Source of the DNA: Laetmonice hystrix
Taxonomy: Eukaryota
Direction of reading: 5' to 3'
Length of the DNA stretch: 64,000 bases
Assembly: GCA_965235115.1 (NCBI GenBank)
Contig: OZ249436.1
Span: 50,284,001 to 50,348,000 of the forward strand
Of this stretch, positions 1 through 13,051 are shown piece by piece; position 1 is the stretch's first letter; every line of letters starts with the position of its first letter. The position numbers were made by a program, and so were the translations under genes. A model generated the notes under the pieces. The model searched no databases. It had not been told where the DNA came from and saw nothing but the letters and a program-made list of their open reading frames with translations.

Positions 1-958
1 ATAATTATCGTGTCCTTATAAGATAAAGCAAATCAGGTTTTTAATAAAAAATCCTTAAAACCATTATTTATTTTATGAATCCTATATTAGTTCACGGGTC
101 ATGCTTATGATGCACAAGCTCCAGGAGAGACTGGGGTGGGGGTCGGAGGGGGGGGGGAGCTGGGGGGGGGGCAGTGATCCCGACTCCGTGTCAATTCATG
201 CACCGGCAGACTGACATGACAAAGGTTCTCCGCCAACTTGCAGGATTCTCGAGACAATCTAAGCTATACCACAATCCAGAATTAGCAACATTTCAATCTG
301 AAGAAGCATACTTATGAAATGGTGAAACTCTCTGTTGATATCTGACATTTCAATAGACATTTAATTCCAATACAATTATATAGTGCACGATTCTGATTCA
401 AATGTTGTAATTCAGGATATAAAATTCCCTTTTCAATACATGTATGATGTAAAGGACGACCATTTTGGTGTCTGAAATGCGCGCTTCGTGTAATATTATG
501 GATATCGCAGCAGGTGATGTGGTCGAAACCAACATCTCTCAAACTTACATAGCGCGCTCCAGGAGAGACACATCATTACAAACCGAGGGGCGTCTACATT
601 TACGGACATATTGGCCGGCCGACCGACTTTCAAAATGTAGGGGCATTTTTGAAGTGTATTTAATGTTGATAAAAATACGGTATACGATCAAATGCCAGCA
701 TATAGGCCTACGTATACTTAGCAATGTATTGGCCTATCCCCAATTTTGTCTACGAAGCCCAAGCATAATGTACTAGTCAGAATTACCCACTTTCCTTACG
801 TTTGAAACATGTCATCTATAGAGTCAGGAGTAACTATGCGATTTCTTAAATCGGTAAAGACAAACGTACGCCATAAGAGAACATTGGAGAATTTGGGGAG
901 TACCTAACCACGTCGAGGTGGATCATCGTTTAAATGAAGTGTCGGTGGGTATACTTAC

Positions 959-1159
959 AGGAGCAGTTGAAGGGGGCTGCTGCCGTTCCTGAGTCACCCT
1001 TGGGGCCGCGTTCACCCCTCATGCCGCGCGGGCCTGGCGGTCCTAGTTCGCCCATGTCACCCTTGGGTCCGGGAAGTCCTGGCAGACCCTCGGGCCCCAG
1101 CTTACCCCGCCGGCCCCGCGGCCCTGGCACTCCGGCAGACCCGTTCGTCCCAGACTCCC
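959..1159 (-). CDS. Collagen exon, end of helix: [67 protein letters not shown]
   Basis: 201 bp, 20 triplets then a non-helical linker; acceptor ttctcactggacag, donor gtaagt; phase 1-1. Confidence 0.95.
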
Positions 1160-1532
1160 CTGTCCAGTGAGAACAACAACGTGTCAGACGGAACTTCATG
1201 GACTCGTCGGTCAGCATGCAATCAACCTGTGTGGACCCTTTAAAACTTTAAGTTAGGGCCCATGGAGGTGATAATTGAGTGACACAACATTGTCATTATA
1301 AAATATAAGGTCAGCAGTCGATAATACAGGACTATCATGACAATGAATAAAATTAGGAGACTATACAGTAACATGCAATGTAAGATAATACAACAAAAGA
1401 AGGAGTAGTGGCGGGCGGGTAAAAGCGTGCGGTCCGGCGGCTGGTGGCGACAGCCCGGCCAGGTGTGGGGGCCTGGGCCAAGTTTGTTTCGATATGAAGT
1501 CAGTGGGAGATCCATAGGGGGTGTTTCACTTA

Positions 1533-2201
1533 TACCCCCATCACACTGTGTAAGGCGATCTAGCTGCCCTCCTGAAAATCGGCCAGATCGCCGTAGAGCG
1601 CGGATAGAGTGCCCTGAGATCCTTCTGAGCGTTGAAGCAGCGAGATAGTGTCTCCCTGGGTCGTCATTATGGTCACCATGAGCGCCATGAGCGGCGACCA
1701 ATTTTAAACATGCACAAAATTTACGCCGCGGGGTCACCGTGGATCTAAAAGCGCAGTTAGATCGTAATGCGATCACCATCAGCGTCCTAGGAGCGCAGTA
1801 CCAGATTCCTGAGATCGCAGGTCGAGCGCCAGTGAACGGGGTAGCACCGGCCTTCCCGTCCCATGGCGCTGGCCCGGCGCTCTTACCACGATGCTACCGA
1901 GACCTCGGTGACCCTAATGAGCCCTTTACACGCTGGGCAGGGTGCTGCCGCTGCGCTCATGACGTCAGAGCTGCGCTCTTGCTGCGCAGTGAGCACAGTG
2001 TGATCGTATAGGACGTGGTAGCAGCGCCATACGACGTGGTAGGGACGGCCTAAATCGTCCGGGAATTGCATTTTGGCCACGTTGTGGCAGCGGGGTGGGA
2101 GCGGCATGGCAGTCACACTTGGAGGGGTTTTCCGATGTTGAGGGCGACCAACGGCGATCTGCTAGGTCGCCGATAGGTCTTCATCTAGTGTGATGGGGGT
2201 A
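1533..2201. mobile_element. Non-autonomous PIF/Harbinger-type DNA transposon (MITE), 669 bp
   Basis: Perfect 15-bp TIR TACCCCCATCACACT / AGTGTGATGGGGGTA; TTA on both sides (1530-1532, 2202-2204); GC/CpG-rich interior; no transposase ORF. Confidence 0.85.
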
Positions 2202-4463
2202 TTATTGAAACACCCTCCAGATCTGAACTGCGCAGTCAACTGGATTTTGATAAGGGGGGGCCCACCTGGTTTGTTTGTGACGGGTGGGGAAGGGTAGGCC
2301 GGTTGTGGGGACCCATGCGTTGGGCTGCCCCAGGGCCCGATCTGACTCTCGACGTCACTGGCTGGCTGGTGGCAAGGTTAATTAGTACGGTGTTAGAAGA
2401 CGGTTCCATGGACCTAGCAGAATCAACTCCAGCAGCGTTTTTCGGCTGACGTTCAGCTCACAGTATACGATCGTTCGTTTCAATAACTCCCTGTCCAGGC
2501 CCTGTAGATTATCTAAACGACATTCAAGGGATTCCAATGTTTTTTCTCAGGGATTCACCATGAATGATGTGGGGATTAAAGATCACGTCATTGTAGTGTT
2601 TTACTGTCAAAGGTCAAGTATCAATTCAGACGTGCACAATATTGGCGGATGTAAATCAGCCGTCAATGACAATGCGGCTAACCTTATCAATGAGATAACA
2701 ATGGGCACAGAATGAGATAACAATGGGCACAGAATGAGATAACAATGATCCCAGTAGAGATCGCTCCTGTTGTCACCTTCACCAGCCAGAACAGTCATCG
2801 ACTCTGCACCGTGAACGAATCAAATATAGAAATTATGACTTTTATGGAAGGTTTTGTTTATAGACCTGGCGAAGAACTATCCTAACTTTGGGTAGATGTG
2901 GCAGTCTGGAATTTTACATTGTTAAAGCGTAGGTAAAACATTTCTTTAGCCGTGCACCGTTAATCCGTACTTGCGCATTGAGACGCCATTTGAACTGGGA
3001 CTAGGAAGGGATGGAGGAATTCCCTGGTGTCACATGACGCGTACCTGCGTGTTGACACATTCAGACTAGCCTGGTCCCCAGTCTATATTGACTACATAGA
3101 GCCTGATGAAGGCTCATCGAAGAGAGCATTGTGATTGGCCCATCGAAAACATGGTATAGCGGATCGTTCACTTCATTCAATCTCTGCCACACCCTGGGTA
3201 CTGCTGTTTCAGTGACCCCTGACCTGACCTAGAAATCCCCAACTGGAACAGCCGAACATTGCCGAGCTCGAATCGTGGCTGTTTGATTTTTCGGAGGCAC
3301 TCTTGTTGTTTACCAGTCGGCTCTACCTCGACAGATGGCAGATCATGTCTCGGCCGTAATCGTCAGGTCGCCATTTTGAAAGTAGTCACACAAGCAAAAC
3401 AAACCCATGTGCTTTCCACAGCTGCCATCTTGGCCTTTGTCGAAGGTGACCCGAGTTATGTCAAATAACGTCCTCCTTCGTATCTCGCCTAGACTGGCTC
3501 ATCAGGTTCCGAGTGCTTAGCGGTAGCACTGTGTCGGCTGTGACTGTTGAGTGTGGCAGATGATAGGGCGAATGGAGGAATAAGCCATTTCCGAGTTGAG
3601 CATGTTTCTCTGTTTTGGTTTTAACTGCCGCGACTTTCCATTGGTAATCGAACAGTTTTCAAGTGCATAGATCTAATGTAAACACTCGTCAACGGCTGCC
3701 ATTACGCCAGCGCTGTAGGGATTACTTGGTCTGCACTCATAAATTGTGCCCTCCTACCTGCTTACTCCAGTATCCATTCGCGCCGCATCACAAACTCCCA
3801 CAAATCTGTCCATTACACCCGAGACGTAAATCCGAACCCAGCGGAAGCTGGTGGATTTTACCGAGGGTTCTCCGCATGGTTTTTTACTTTTACGGCGCAG
3901 ACTGTCAGAATCTGATGCCACACATTGTGACAAACATCTAAATCTTCAGAGAAAGCATCTGCAGCCGCTATGTTGAACAGAAGTACCTAGTCGGAAACAC
4001 CCGAAGTATTTCGAATCATCCCGAAATTGGCCAACCGACTTGCGACTAGCTGATTCCCTCCGCAAATGTAGTTCCTAATATTTCATCAGGTATTTCTCTT
4101 GTATGATGAATGTCACTTGGTATAAACTCGGTTTGGTGATTTAGATCGAGGTACGCCTACGTTAAATTTTACAGATACCATACAGGGGCATAGGGGCCCG
4201 ATTTTGCCCGTAAAAAGTCAGGTGTGGCAGTGGGGTAATGGAGCGAGCCCCTCTGAATTATGGGGGATTGACCGCGACATTAACAGACTTCCGGACTATT
4301 ATAATAGGCCTACCACAATGGCGGCGCTGCTGAAGCAGGTGATTTTGATGGGAATATCATGTTCGACATAGGGGATTACGAATTCTTGGAACGTGGGGGG
4401 GGGGGCATTTATTTACAGACACTACTGTGGAAAGTTAGTAAACACTAAGGCCTTCCGGCTGTC

Positions 4464-4546
4464 CAAATGTGATTGTTGACAAATGTGATTGTTGACAAAT
4501 GTGATTGTTGACAAAATGTGATTGTTGACAAATGTGATTGTTGACA
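4464..4546. repeat. 16-bp tandem repeat, 5 copies
   Basis: caaatgtgattgttga repeated. Confidence 0.95.
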
Positions 4547-5419
4547 GGTGGACAAGAACAGTGACGACAGGGGTGGTCGTCTTTCACCGTTTGTAAAGTG
4601 TGCTTGACTCGATCAGTCACGCCTCTCCAAGGAAAAAATATTGTTGAAATAGATAAATCCTTATTCACTGTGAATAGTAACTTATATATAGCTCGGTTTG
4701 GGGGCCGAATAAGGCCAAGTATAGATTACGCAGAGTGTAAACAGATATACATGTACCTAGATATCTTTAGCCGCCATAGGCCTACCGCTAAACAGGTTCT
4801 TTTCTTAAACTAACAAGGCTACATCAGTTTCTAATCTCTATACAGCCGCAACGCAGACACCGGGGCAGCGTCTAACAATCACACAACATGCGAACATGCA
4901 TCTGGAGGCTTTTTCTTGGTATTTTCAGAGAAGGCAGAACAATGAGAGACAGACAATTTGATATGTAAAAATAGGAACTGCTTGGGCCTTGCGGCTCTTG
5001 CTGCATTGGTGACAGACGCGCCATTAAAAGGCTGTGAGACATGCAGTGTTTGACAATAGTTTCGAGGGAGCAGGTGAGTGGTCTTATGTCTGGCCATTCA
5101 ACCATCCCCTCCCTCCAAAATATCTCAAATGTCATTTTCTTATGCATGTATTGAATTGTTCCCTGTAGAGCCTATTGCCATTTGGCAGCACTGATATGAC
5201 ATGCAGGTAAAATCGAGAGCGCGACTAGAAATAGCGCGTGTTCGTGGCTGGAAAGTTTCTTTTCGCCTGGAAGCTCCCTTATGGGTAATGATCTGGCTGT
5301 TAGACTGTAGGCGTACAAAACAGTGCGGAAACTTCGACGTGTGACCAGCGAGAGGCTTCCCGAATCAGTCACCAGGGTACGCGACCATCACAGCTTACTT
5401 CAATGCATGTTGTACGTAC

Positions 5420-5500
5420 CTGGAGGACCGGGTGGTCCTGGTAAACCATCGGTACCGTTCCTGCCTGGTGGACCCGGTGGCCCAATAACACCTGGGACAC
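5420..5500 (-). CDS. Collagen exon: GVPGVIGPPGPPGRNGTDGLPGPPGPP
   Basis: 81 bp = 9 triplets; acceptor ctttgcgtttgtag, donor CAG|gtacgt; phase 1-1. Confidence 0.95.
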
Positions 5501-6368
5501 CTACAAACGCAAAGATCAAGGATGACAAAAGAAAACTATTGTATTGGTATATGAGAAAATAAAACGGCTACGGGACCTTGTTCCCCGCGATCAGTCCATC
5601 ACATGTAACACATTTTCTACTGGTTTTCTATTTAATTTAGGGCAAAGACATGTCAGCATATTTAAGTGGTGGGGGTTTTCCAACTTTTGGTATCACTCAG
5701 GGTAGCTAAACCAATAATACGAACAGAAAACATCTTCCGTCTTATCAAAATATCAGCCCGCACTTAGTTTTTTCTTTCATGCCTTATTATTATGTATGTC
5801 CTTCTTGACCATGATAAAGATTATGGACGAAACTAAAAGGAATCGATATTTCTTAATTTTATTTTCCGCAAGCAAATACAAACAAAATTTATTCGTCAAA
5901 AAAATTGTATATGAAATTATTAGACATATGGCAAGTCGTTCGGCAGTCATATTCCTATTTAGAACCACTAATTGTGATATTAAATTAATATATCTCTTAA
6001 TCATTAGAGATACTAATATATTATGGCATACTACGAGATGCTAAAACGGTCTGCCATGCTGTCATTTGTGGAACAAACTCATGCTTGGTTCTAAAACACA
6101 TGAAGAAAGTAAGTACATATATCAACACACCGAACATTCTAAAATTTCTAGAAATACAAGTACACTGAATGTAGACCTTCGAAGGTTTAGCAACCAGCAA
6201 ATGAGCAAATGTGCAACGAGTAGACTATCTATATATTAGTGAGGTCACCTAGCTACAGGTGACTATACATTGTATTAGTGAGGTCACCTACAGGTAAGAT
6301 TTACTCCCATTTACAACAAAAATCTGAAAGGATTCATTCCGTCGTCCGTATCTAGACTTTCAAATTCG

Positions 6369-8115
6369 ATCAGCCTTCCCGGTAAAATGATCACCCATTC
6401 TCTATTTATAACTGATTCAGTCATCCGTACCTTATCATTAAATCAGCCTTCCCGGCAAAATGATCAACCATTCTCTATTTATAAATGATTCAGTCATCTG
6501 TACCTTACCATTAACCTTCCCGGTAAAATGATCACCCATTCTCTATTTATAAATGATTCAGTCATCCGTACCTTACCATTAACCTTCCCGGTAAAATGAT
6601 CAACCATTCTCTATTTATAAATGATTCAGTCATCCGTACCTTACCATTAACCTTCCCGGCAAAATGATCAACCATTCTCTATTTATAAATGATTCAGTCA
6701 TCCGTACCTTACCATTAACCTTCCCGGCAAAATGATCAACCATTCTCTATTTATAAATGATTCAGTCATCCGTACCTTACCATTAACCTTCCCGGCAAAA
6801 TGATCAGCCATTCTCTATTTATAAATGATTCAGTCATCCGTACCTTCCCATTAAATCAGCCTTCCCGGTAAAATGATCAACCATTCTCTATTTATAAATG
6901 ATTCAGTCATCCGTACCTTATCATTAAATCAGCCTTCCCGGCAAAATGATCAACCATTCTCTATTTATAAATGATTCAGTCATTCGTACCTTACCATTAA
7001 ATCAGCCTTCCCAGTAAAATGATCATCCATTCTCTATTTATAAATGATTCAGTCATCCGTACCTTACCATTAACCTTCCCGGTAAAATGATCAACCATTC
7101 TCTATTTATAAATGATTCAGTCATCCGTACCTTCCTATTAACCTTCCCGGCAAAATGATCAACCATTCTCTATTTATAAATGATTCAGTCATCCGTACCT
7201 TCCCATTAAATCAGCCTTCCCGGTAAAATGATCAACCATTCTCTATTTATAAATAATTCAGTCATCCGTACCTTATCATTAAATCAGCCTTCCCGGCAAA
7301 ATGATCAACCATTCTCTATTTATAAATGATTCAGTCATTCGTACCTTACCATTAAATCAGCCTTCCCAGTAAAATGATCACCCATTCTCTATTTATAAAT
7401 GATTCAGTCATCCGTACCTTACCATTAACCTTCCCGGCAAAATGATCAACCATTCTCTATTTATAAATGATTCAGTCATCCGTACCTTCCCATTAAATCA
7501 GCCTTCCCGATAAAATGATCAACCATTCTCTATTTATAAATGATTCAGTCATCCGTACCTTATCATTAAATCAGCCTTCCCGGCAAAATGATCAACCATT
7601 CTCTATTTATAAATGATTCAGTCATTCGTACCTTACCATTAAATCAGCCTTCCCAGTAAAATGATCATCCATTCTCTATTTATAAATGATTCAGTCATCC
7701 GTACCTTACCATTAACCTTCCCGGTAAAATGATCAACCATTCTCTATTTATAAATGATTCAGTCATCCGTACCTTCCCATTAAATCAGCCTTCCCGGCAA
7801 AATGATCAACCATTCTCTATTTATAAATGATTCAGTCATCCGTACCTTCCCATTAAATCAGCCTTCCCGGTAAAATGATCAACCATTCTCTATTTATAAA
7901 TGATTCAGTCATCCGTACCTTATCATTAAATCAGCCTTCCCGGCAAAATGATCAACCATTCTTTATTTATAAATGATTCAGTCATTCGTACCTTACCATT
8001 AAATCAGCCTTCCCGGCAAAATGATCAACCATTCTCTATTTATAAATGATTCAGTCATCCGTACCTTACCATTAACCTTCCCGGTAAAATGATCAACCAT
8101 TCTCTATTTATAAAT
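6369..8115. repeat. Minisatellite, 68/73-bp units, about 25 copies
   Basis: Unit ccttcccggYaaaatgatcaaccattctctatttataaatgattcagtcatccgtaccttaccattaa(atcag). Confidence 0.98.
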
Positions 8116-8667
8116 GTCATTCGTATGTTTCACAATCCGAACGTCCGATACCAATTAAGGTGTACGGATAAACGAAGTCTGAATGAGGATTATGTTCGCC
8201 CACCACATCGCGAGACGCTATCCTCTCGAATCAAACGTCCTGAGGGGGCATCGCCACTGTCCCTCTGCGACTCGCCGTCTGGCAGACATGTGCTGCCACC
8301 TGGTGTACACCCTCGGAACCATTGCAGACTGAGTCACTGGTTCAGGTACGTTATGACTATGGCCGGGACGCGGCCGGGACACTGATGATAAAGTCTGTAT
8401 TAGATTCCTTGTTTTATTGGCTTATTCAGTTAGAACAACAAGTGTTATCTCTGAGGACTGGAATGCGTCAATTCTAACTCGTGATCATTCATCAGAAAAC
8501 CGTCTCTAACGAAGTCATAATCCGTGATCCATCGTCAGTATCGTGAATTGGTACGAGCCAATTCACTTTGTGCCGGAACTAGATCTATCAATACTTGACG
8601 CGAATTTTCTACTTGCACACTGACACGTTTACATAAAGCGACAAGAGACATTAGCAAAGGTTATGAC

Positions 8668-8739
8668 CTGTCGTGCCCTGATAACCAGGGAACCCTATCA
8701 GACCACGAGTTCCCTTACTGCCTCTCGGTCCCTCAGCCC
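8668..8739 (-). CDS. Collagen exon, possibly a cassette: GAEGPRGSKGTRGLIGFPGYQGTT
   Basis: 72 bp = 8 perfect triplets; acceptor cctattgttgtag; weak donor CAG|gtcata; phase 1-1. Not in the ORF track. Confidence 0.72.
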
Positions 8740-9837
8740 CTACAACAATAGGACGGTATCGGTCATCATCTCGACACGCGGGCGAATCAACATTGAGGCC
8801 ACCAGACTGTAAGTTTTTATGGACCTCACTTTAAAGTTAAAACCCCACCCCCATGCAGACCCATCCACAGAAAAGTACACAAGAACCCCAGAAAAAAGGC
8901 CAATAAACCTTCAAACCCCGCTCCGCAGAAAAACTACGACCAGTGCATTTGATACCATCAGAACTGCACTTTCACAGACATTCCAAAAACATTCCAACCC
9001 CCAACCTTAGCTGTGACTTGCATGTAACCTGTGTAAACTTATCACAAACTGAACGTAAAGGATCGAGCAATCGTTTTAGACGCTCAGGAAAAGTTGCTTA
9101 CGAGCGGCGAGAATTCGACATAAATATGGGCATGATCATAGAAGGAGCAACAACACCTTTTGGCCTACCGAAGGCCTTCGGTCCTGACGGAGAAAATACA
9201 GAGGAATAAAATCAACAACCGGTCTTCATGATGACGTGAGAGTAACGCCTTCGGTCGGATGGCGACAGATGATATACGGCTGAGGAATGATGGTTATGTC
9301 TGTACATTGATGGTCTCTGAAGACCCAAGATGCTCAAGATGCGACACCACATTGCTATCGTAAACAGGCACTACAGACAAACACGTGATGAGAAACAATT
9401 GCTCCAAGGTGCTAGGAGATTACTTAGGGCGGGGGAGTAAAGCACGTGTAACGGGTAAATAAGTATCAATATAGAAAAAGGACATTAAGGTCGAATACAT
9501 GACATGAAGGCTACGATTGGCATTCGCGTGTTAGGTCTATAGATTGCAGCGTGTGACGCCATATGGTTGGAGGAAAACAGCCTAGGAAACAGCAGGACAG
9601 ATTGAGAGTGATATGGTTCGACAGGTAAAGCAGTAAGTACGTTGTCGAGCAAGGGATGGAAAAATGCTTGGTAGCGAATGAAAAGGAGTTTTTAATTACA
9701 ATAATGCGATACACATCCAAGAAACGGCGAGAGTTTCGAACCCCTCCAGGTATCCGAAATCAAGAGTCAGCTCAGATGCGATCTCACCTCGCAGTTTGCT
9801 TATTTCATCCCTAACCTACATACATCGACTGTATGCC

Positions 9838-10328
9838 CCCAACCCAGTTAGTATGTTACAGAATATATATCCCTAACCAGGTTAACATGTTATAGAATTT
9901 GTATCCCTAACCAGGTTAACATGTTACAGAATATATATCCCTAACCAGGATAACATGTTACAGAATATATATCCCTAACCAGGTTAACATGTTACAGAAT
10001 ATATATCCCTAACCAGGTTAACATGTTTAAAATTTGTATCCCTAACAAGGTTAACATGTAATAAAATTTGTATCCGTAACCAGGTTAACATGTTATAGAA
10101 TTTGTATCCCTAACCAGGTTAACATGTTACAGAATATATATCCCTAACCAGGTTGACATGTTATAGAATTTGTATCCCTAACAAGGTTAACATGTTACAG
10201 AATATATATCCCTAACCAGGTTGACATGTTATAGAATTTATATCCCTAACAAGGTTAACATGTAATAAAATTTGTATCCGTAACCAGGTTAACATGTTAT
10301 AGAATTTATATCCCTAACCTAGTTAACA
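9838..10328. repeat. Minisatellite, 34-bp unit, about 14 copies
   Basis: Unit ccctaaccaggttaacatgttacagaatatatat. Confidence 0.97.
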
Positions 10329-11242
10329 TTATATCAATCATAACATCGTCTAATATTCAGTTTTAGGAGGAAGGAAAAGGAGCCGCCTTAGCCGAATAGA
10401 AAAGAATCCGTTTTTATTCATGTGTCGGTGTCGTGCAAATTATAAACTGCAGGAATATTTTGCTGTTTGTACCTGTTACCATAGTAATTAGAAGTGATTG
10501 ATCAAGAAGAAGAAGAGGGAGAAGAGGAAGAAGAAGAAGAATGGAAAGGATAAACGGCCTTTTACGTGGGATAAAGAAAGCTAACCTGGATGAGATCGCT
10601 TGGCAAGAACATACAAAGCCTGGCTGAACAATGTTATGAGCTTAAACTTCTAGGAACCGACTGGAGGGAGCCAGATTTTTCTAAAATTACCTTGGCCAAC
10701 TGAAAGAGTAAGACGAATCATGATCAGGACCACAGGTTAGTCGTACTGGACACAGGTATCCACAAGTACATAACGTAAAGAAATCCAGAATACCAAGAAA
10801 TACTCGGAATGGTGAGAGCGTAATTAGAGAAATACAGGCAATTACAAAAACTGGTGACTCTACGGCAATATTATTATGTTAGATCACTACCTGTCAATGC
10901 ATCACATGGGGTAACCCGTCTAATAAAAGTTAGTATTCTAAGAAAGCTACTAGTCATTTCGTTTCACAGGCTGACAATTATTGCAAAAAATATGAGGCAA
11001 TGTTAATGTTAATGTCCCTCTATACGAAGATGCTCTACAAGTCTAAGATAAATGTGATAAAATCAAGATTGTTTTTCACGGTTTTCGCCTCAAGAATCTT
11101 CTAAAAACATTACATTCGGAAGCAATTTCTCCCAGTGATCTATATAAGGGAACAGACAATCACACCTGTGTTAGGAAACATTAAACAAGAGACAATAATA
11201 GCCATTGAGAGAGGAATCTGGTTGAAAACAACAGTAACTTAC

Positions 11243-11296
11243 CTGGCAGACCATCCTGTCCACCTCTCCCAACATCGCCTTTACTTCCTCTGTCAC
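11243..11296 (-). CDS. Collagen exon: GDRGSKGDVGRGGQDGLP
   Basis: 54 bp = 6 triplets; acceptor ataaccag, donor CAG|gtaagt; phase 1-1. Confidence 0.9.
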
Positions 11297-12655
11297 CTGG
11301 TTATATTAACCAAACACAATTATCAAGGTTTTAATTAACTATAAGTTGTGACAGCAGGCTAACCTGGACATCTCGTATTAGTATTAGTTTCTAACGCTTA
11401 CATTGAAATATTAATTGAGGATAATGCTGCATGGAACCGTTGCCTTCTTTCTCTGAAACCATTTGTCAGATTATACTACACTTGTTCGAGACACTATCAG
11501 CCATGTCACTAATTCTTCCATATGAAATCCTATCTTTTTGATTCTCACTGCACTCGCTTTCCATATTCTCACGGGTATTAGTAGGTTTTCCCGAACAAAG
11601 CAAGTTTTCCTTTTGTACACTAGCATTGTCTTCACTTTCCTTACTGAACGGAGATGTATGACCACATTCTCTTTGATTACTACACCGTCATTGATTTGAC
11701 CATGTCACCTGTCAATACTCTGTATACCCGCCCATTCCTCATCGATTATTGATACTGGCAGGCCGATTCACCACTGTGATCAAACCTGGCCAGTCCTCCC
11801 CGCACTACAGAAAAAGACCGACAAGGGAACTTTACCATGACAATGGATGACTACAGGCATAGGAAGCCGAGTAAACCTAGCAATGTTTGCCATGTCGACT
11901 CTAACTGCCCACACAGACAACACCGATTCCGGATTCAGTTTCATCCTCAAACAACCATTTCTCCAGCTGACTTCGCACGAATTGACAAACATGAAAACCG
12001 AGGATTTAGGTCACATTATTCCATGTAGCTGCACGTTATCGACTCCAAACTCATGGGCTGTGGACGGGCGAATTACAAAGGTGATGTAATCGGGATAAGA
12101 AAGCTTTATGGAAAGTGAGAAAAACAACTTTATGTCATGCAATTTTTCATGGCTCTTGTTTGATGTTGGCAATGGTTGCTCGGCACAATCCATTTCAAAT
12201 TAGTGAGATGGGATGGCTATGTTAAGAAATTATCGATTAAAAATATAGAAATTTTATACTACTTTTTCGAGCAAACCCAATACTGATAAACCCATTGGCA
12301 GATAGAGTAAGTACGAAAAGCTCAAATTGAGCGGTTCCCTCCAATTTGAGTCAGCGTAACATTACAACCTGCCATTTTTCTTTGCTCAACTTTAGCCACA
12401 ACATGGTTGGTATTTCCTTTAACAAAGTCCACTTTCCATAGACTACTTGGACTTCCCCTGATATTATGCTTCAGCCCGAACCCGCCCTTGAAACCGCATG
12501 GTTTATCATATCCTGTTCAGGAGTAGCAATTAGGGTCCGGCTATAATTTAACAAATTCTTGGCCGACCCAAGATTTACCCAAAATTTACGTTATTATTGT
12601 CATCTGTATCAAGCCTGGAGTTTTCCTGTCAGCTGTACGGAGCGTAGGAACTTAC

Positions 12656-12745
12656 CTTTCTCTCCTGGGGGACCAGAGACCCCCGGGAACCCGGGGGGTC
12701 CGACATCCCCTGCTTCGCCCTTCTTTCCGGAAATACCTTGATCTC
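12656..12745 (-). CDS. Collagen exon: GDQGISGKKGEAGDVGPPGFPGVSGPPGEK
   Basis: 90 bp = 10 triplets; acceptor tttttctttgaccag, donor AAG|gtaagt; phase 1-1. Confidence 0.95.
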
Positions 12746-13051
12746 CTGGTCAAAGAAAAACAGGACAAATGGCGGTCAGATCATGCAACTAGGTCGGTGT
12801 CCTAACTCAGTTAAGGTGGTCAGGATTAACATTGCTTTCAAATAAATGCAAGTGCATTTTGGAAAAAATAAATTTAAAAATGATGTAGAAGAAAAAGAGT
12901 CAATACGAATGTTGGTGGGCTTAGTTGACGTTCTGCTCATCAATCACTTTAACAAAAATCCTTCGAATTTTAGTTAATATTAGTTTACTATGGTTGAGTC
13001 ATTTTTAATCAAGATTGTGTAGGTACTTTACTTTCTCTTTTAATTCACTAT

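Noticed and set aside
934..1170. Plus-strand Pro/Gly-rich ORFs at 934-1170, 5323-5562 and 12559-12741
   Set aside because: Antisense shadows of the collagen exons; the splice signals and Gly-X-Y register are on the minus strand.
2926..4161. Possible TTAA-flanked element with several GCCAT(T/C)TT motifs
   Set aside because: The terminal match is only CGTAGG/CCTACG with a 2-bp gap, too weak to call without other copies.
8543..8582. Hairpin gtgaattgg-N6-ccaattcac followed by CTAG, like a Helitron 3' end
   Set aside because: The base after CTAG is A rather than the expected T, and no 5' TC end could be assigned.
9720..9780. B-box-like GGTTCGAAAC on the minus strand
   Set aside because: No cloverleaf or clear A-box; at most a decayed SINE fragment.
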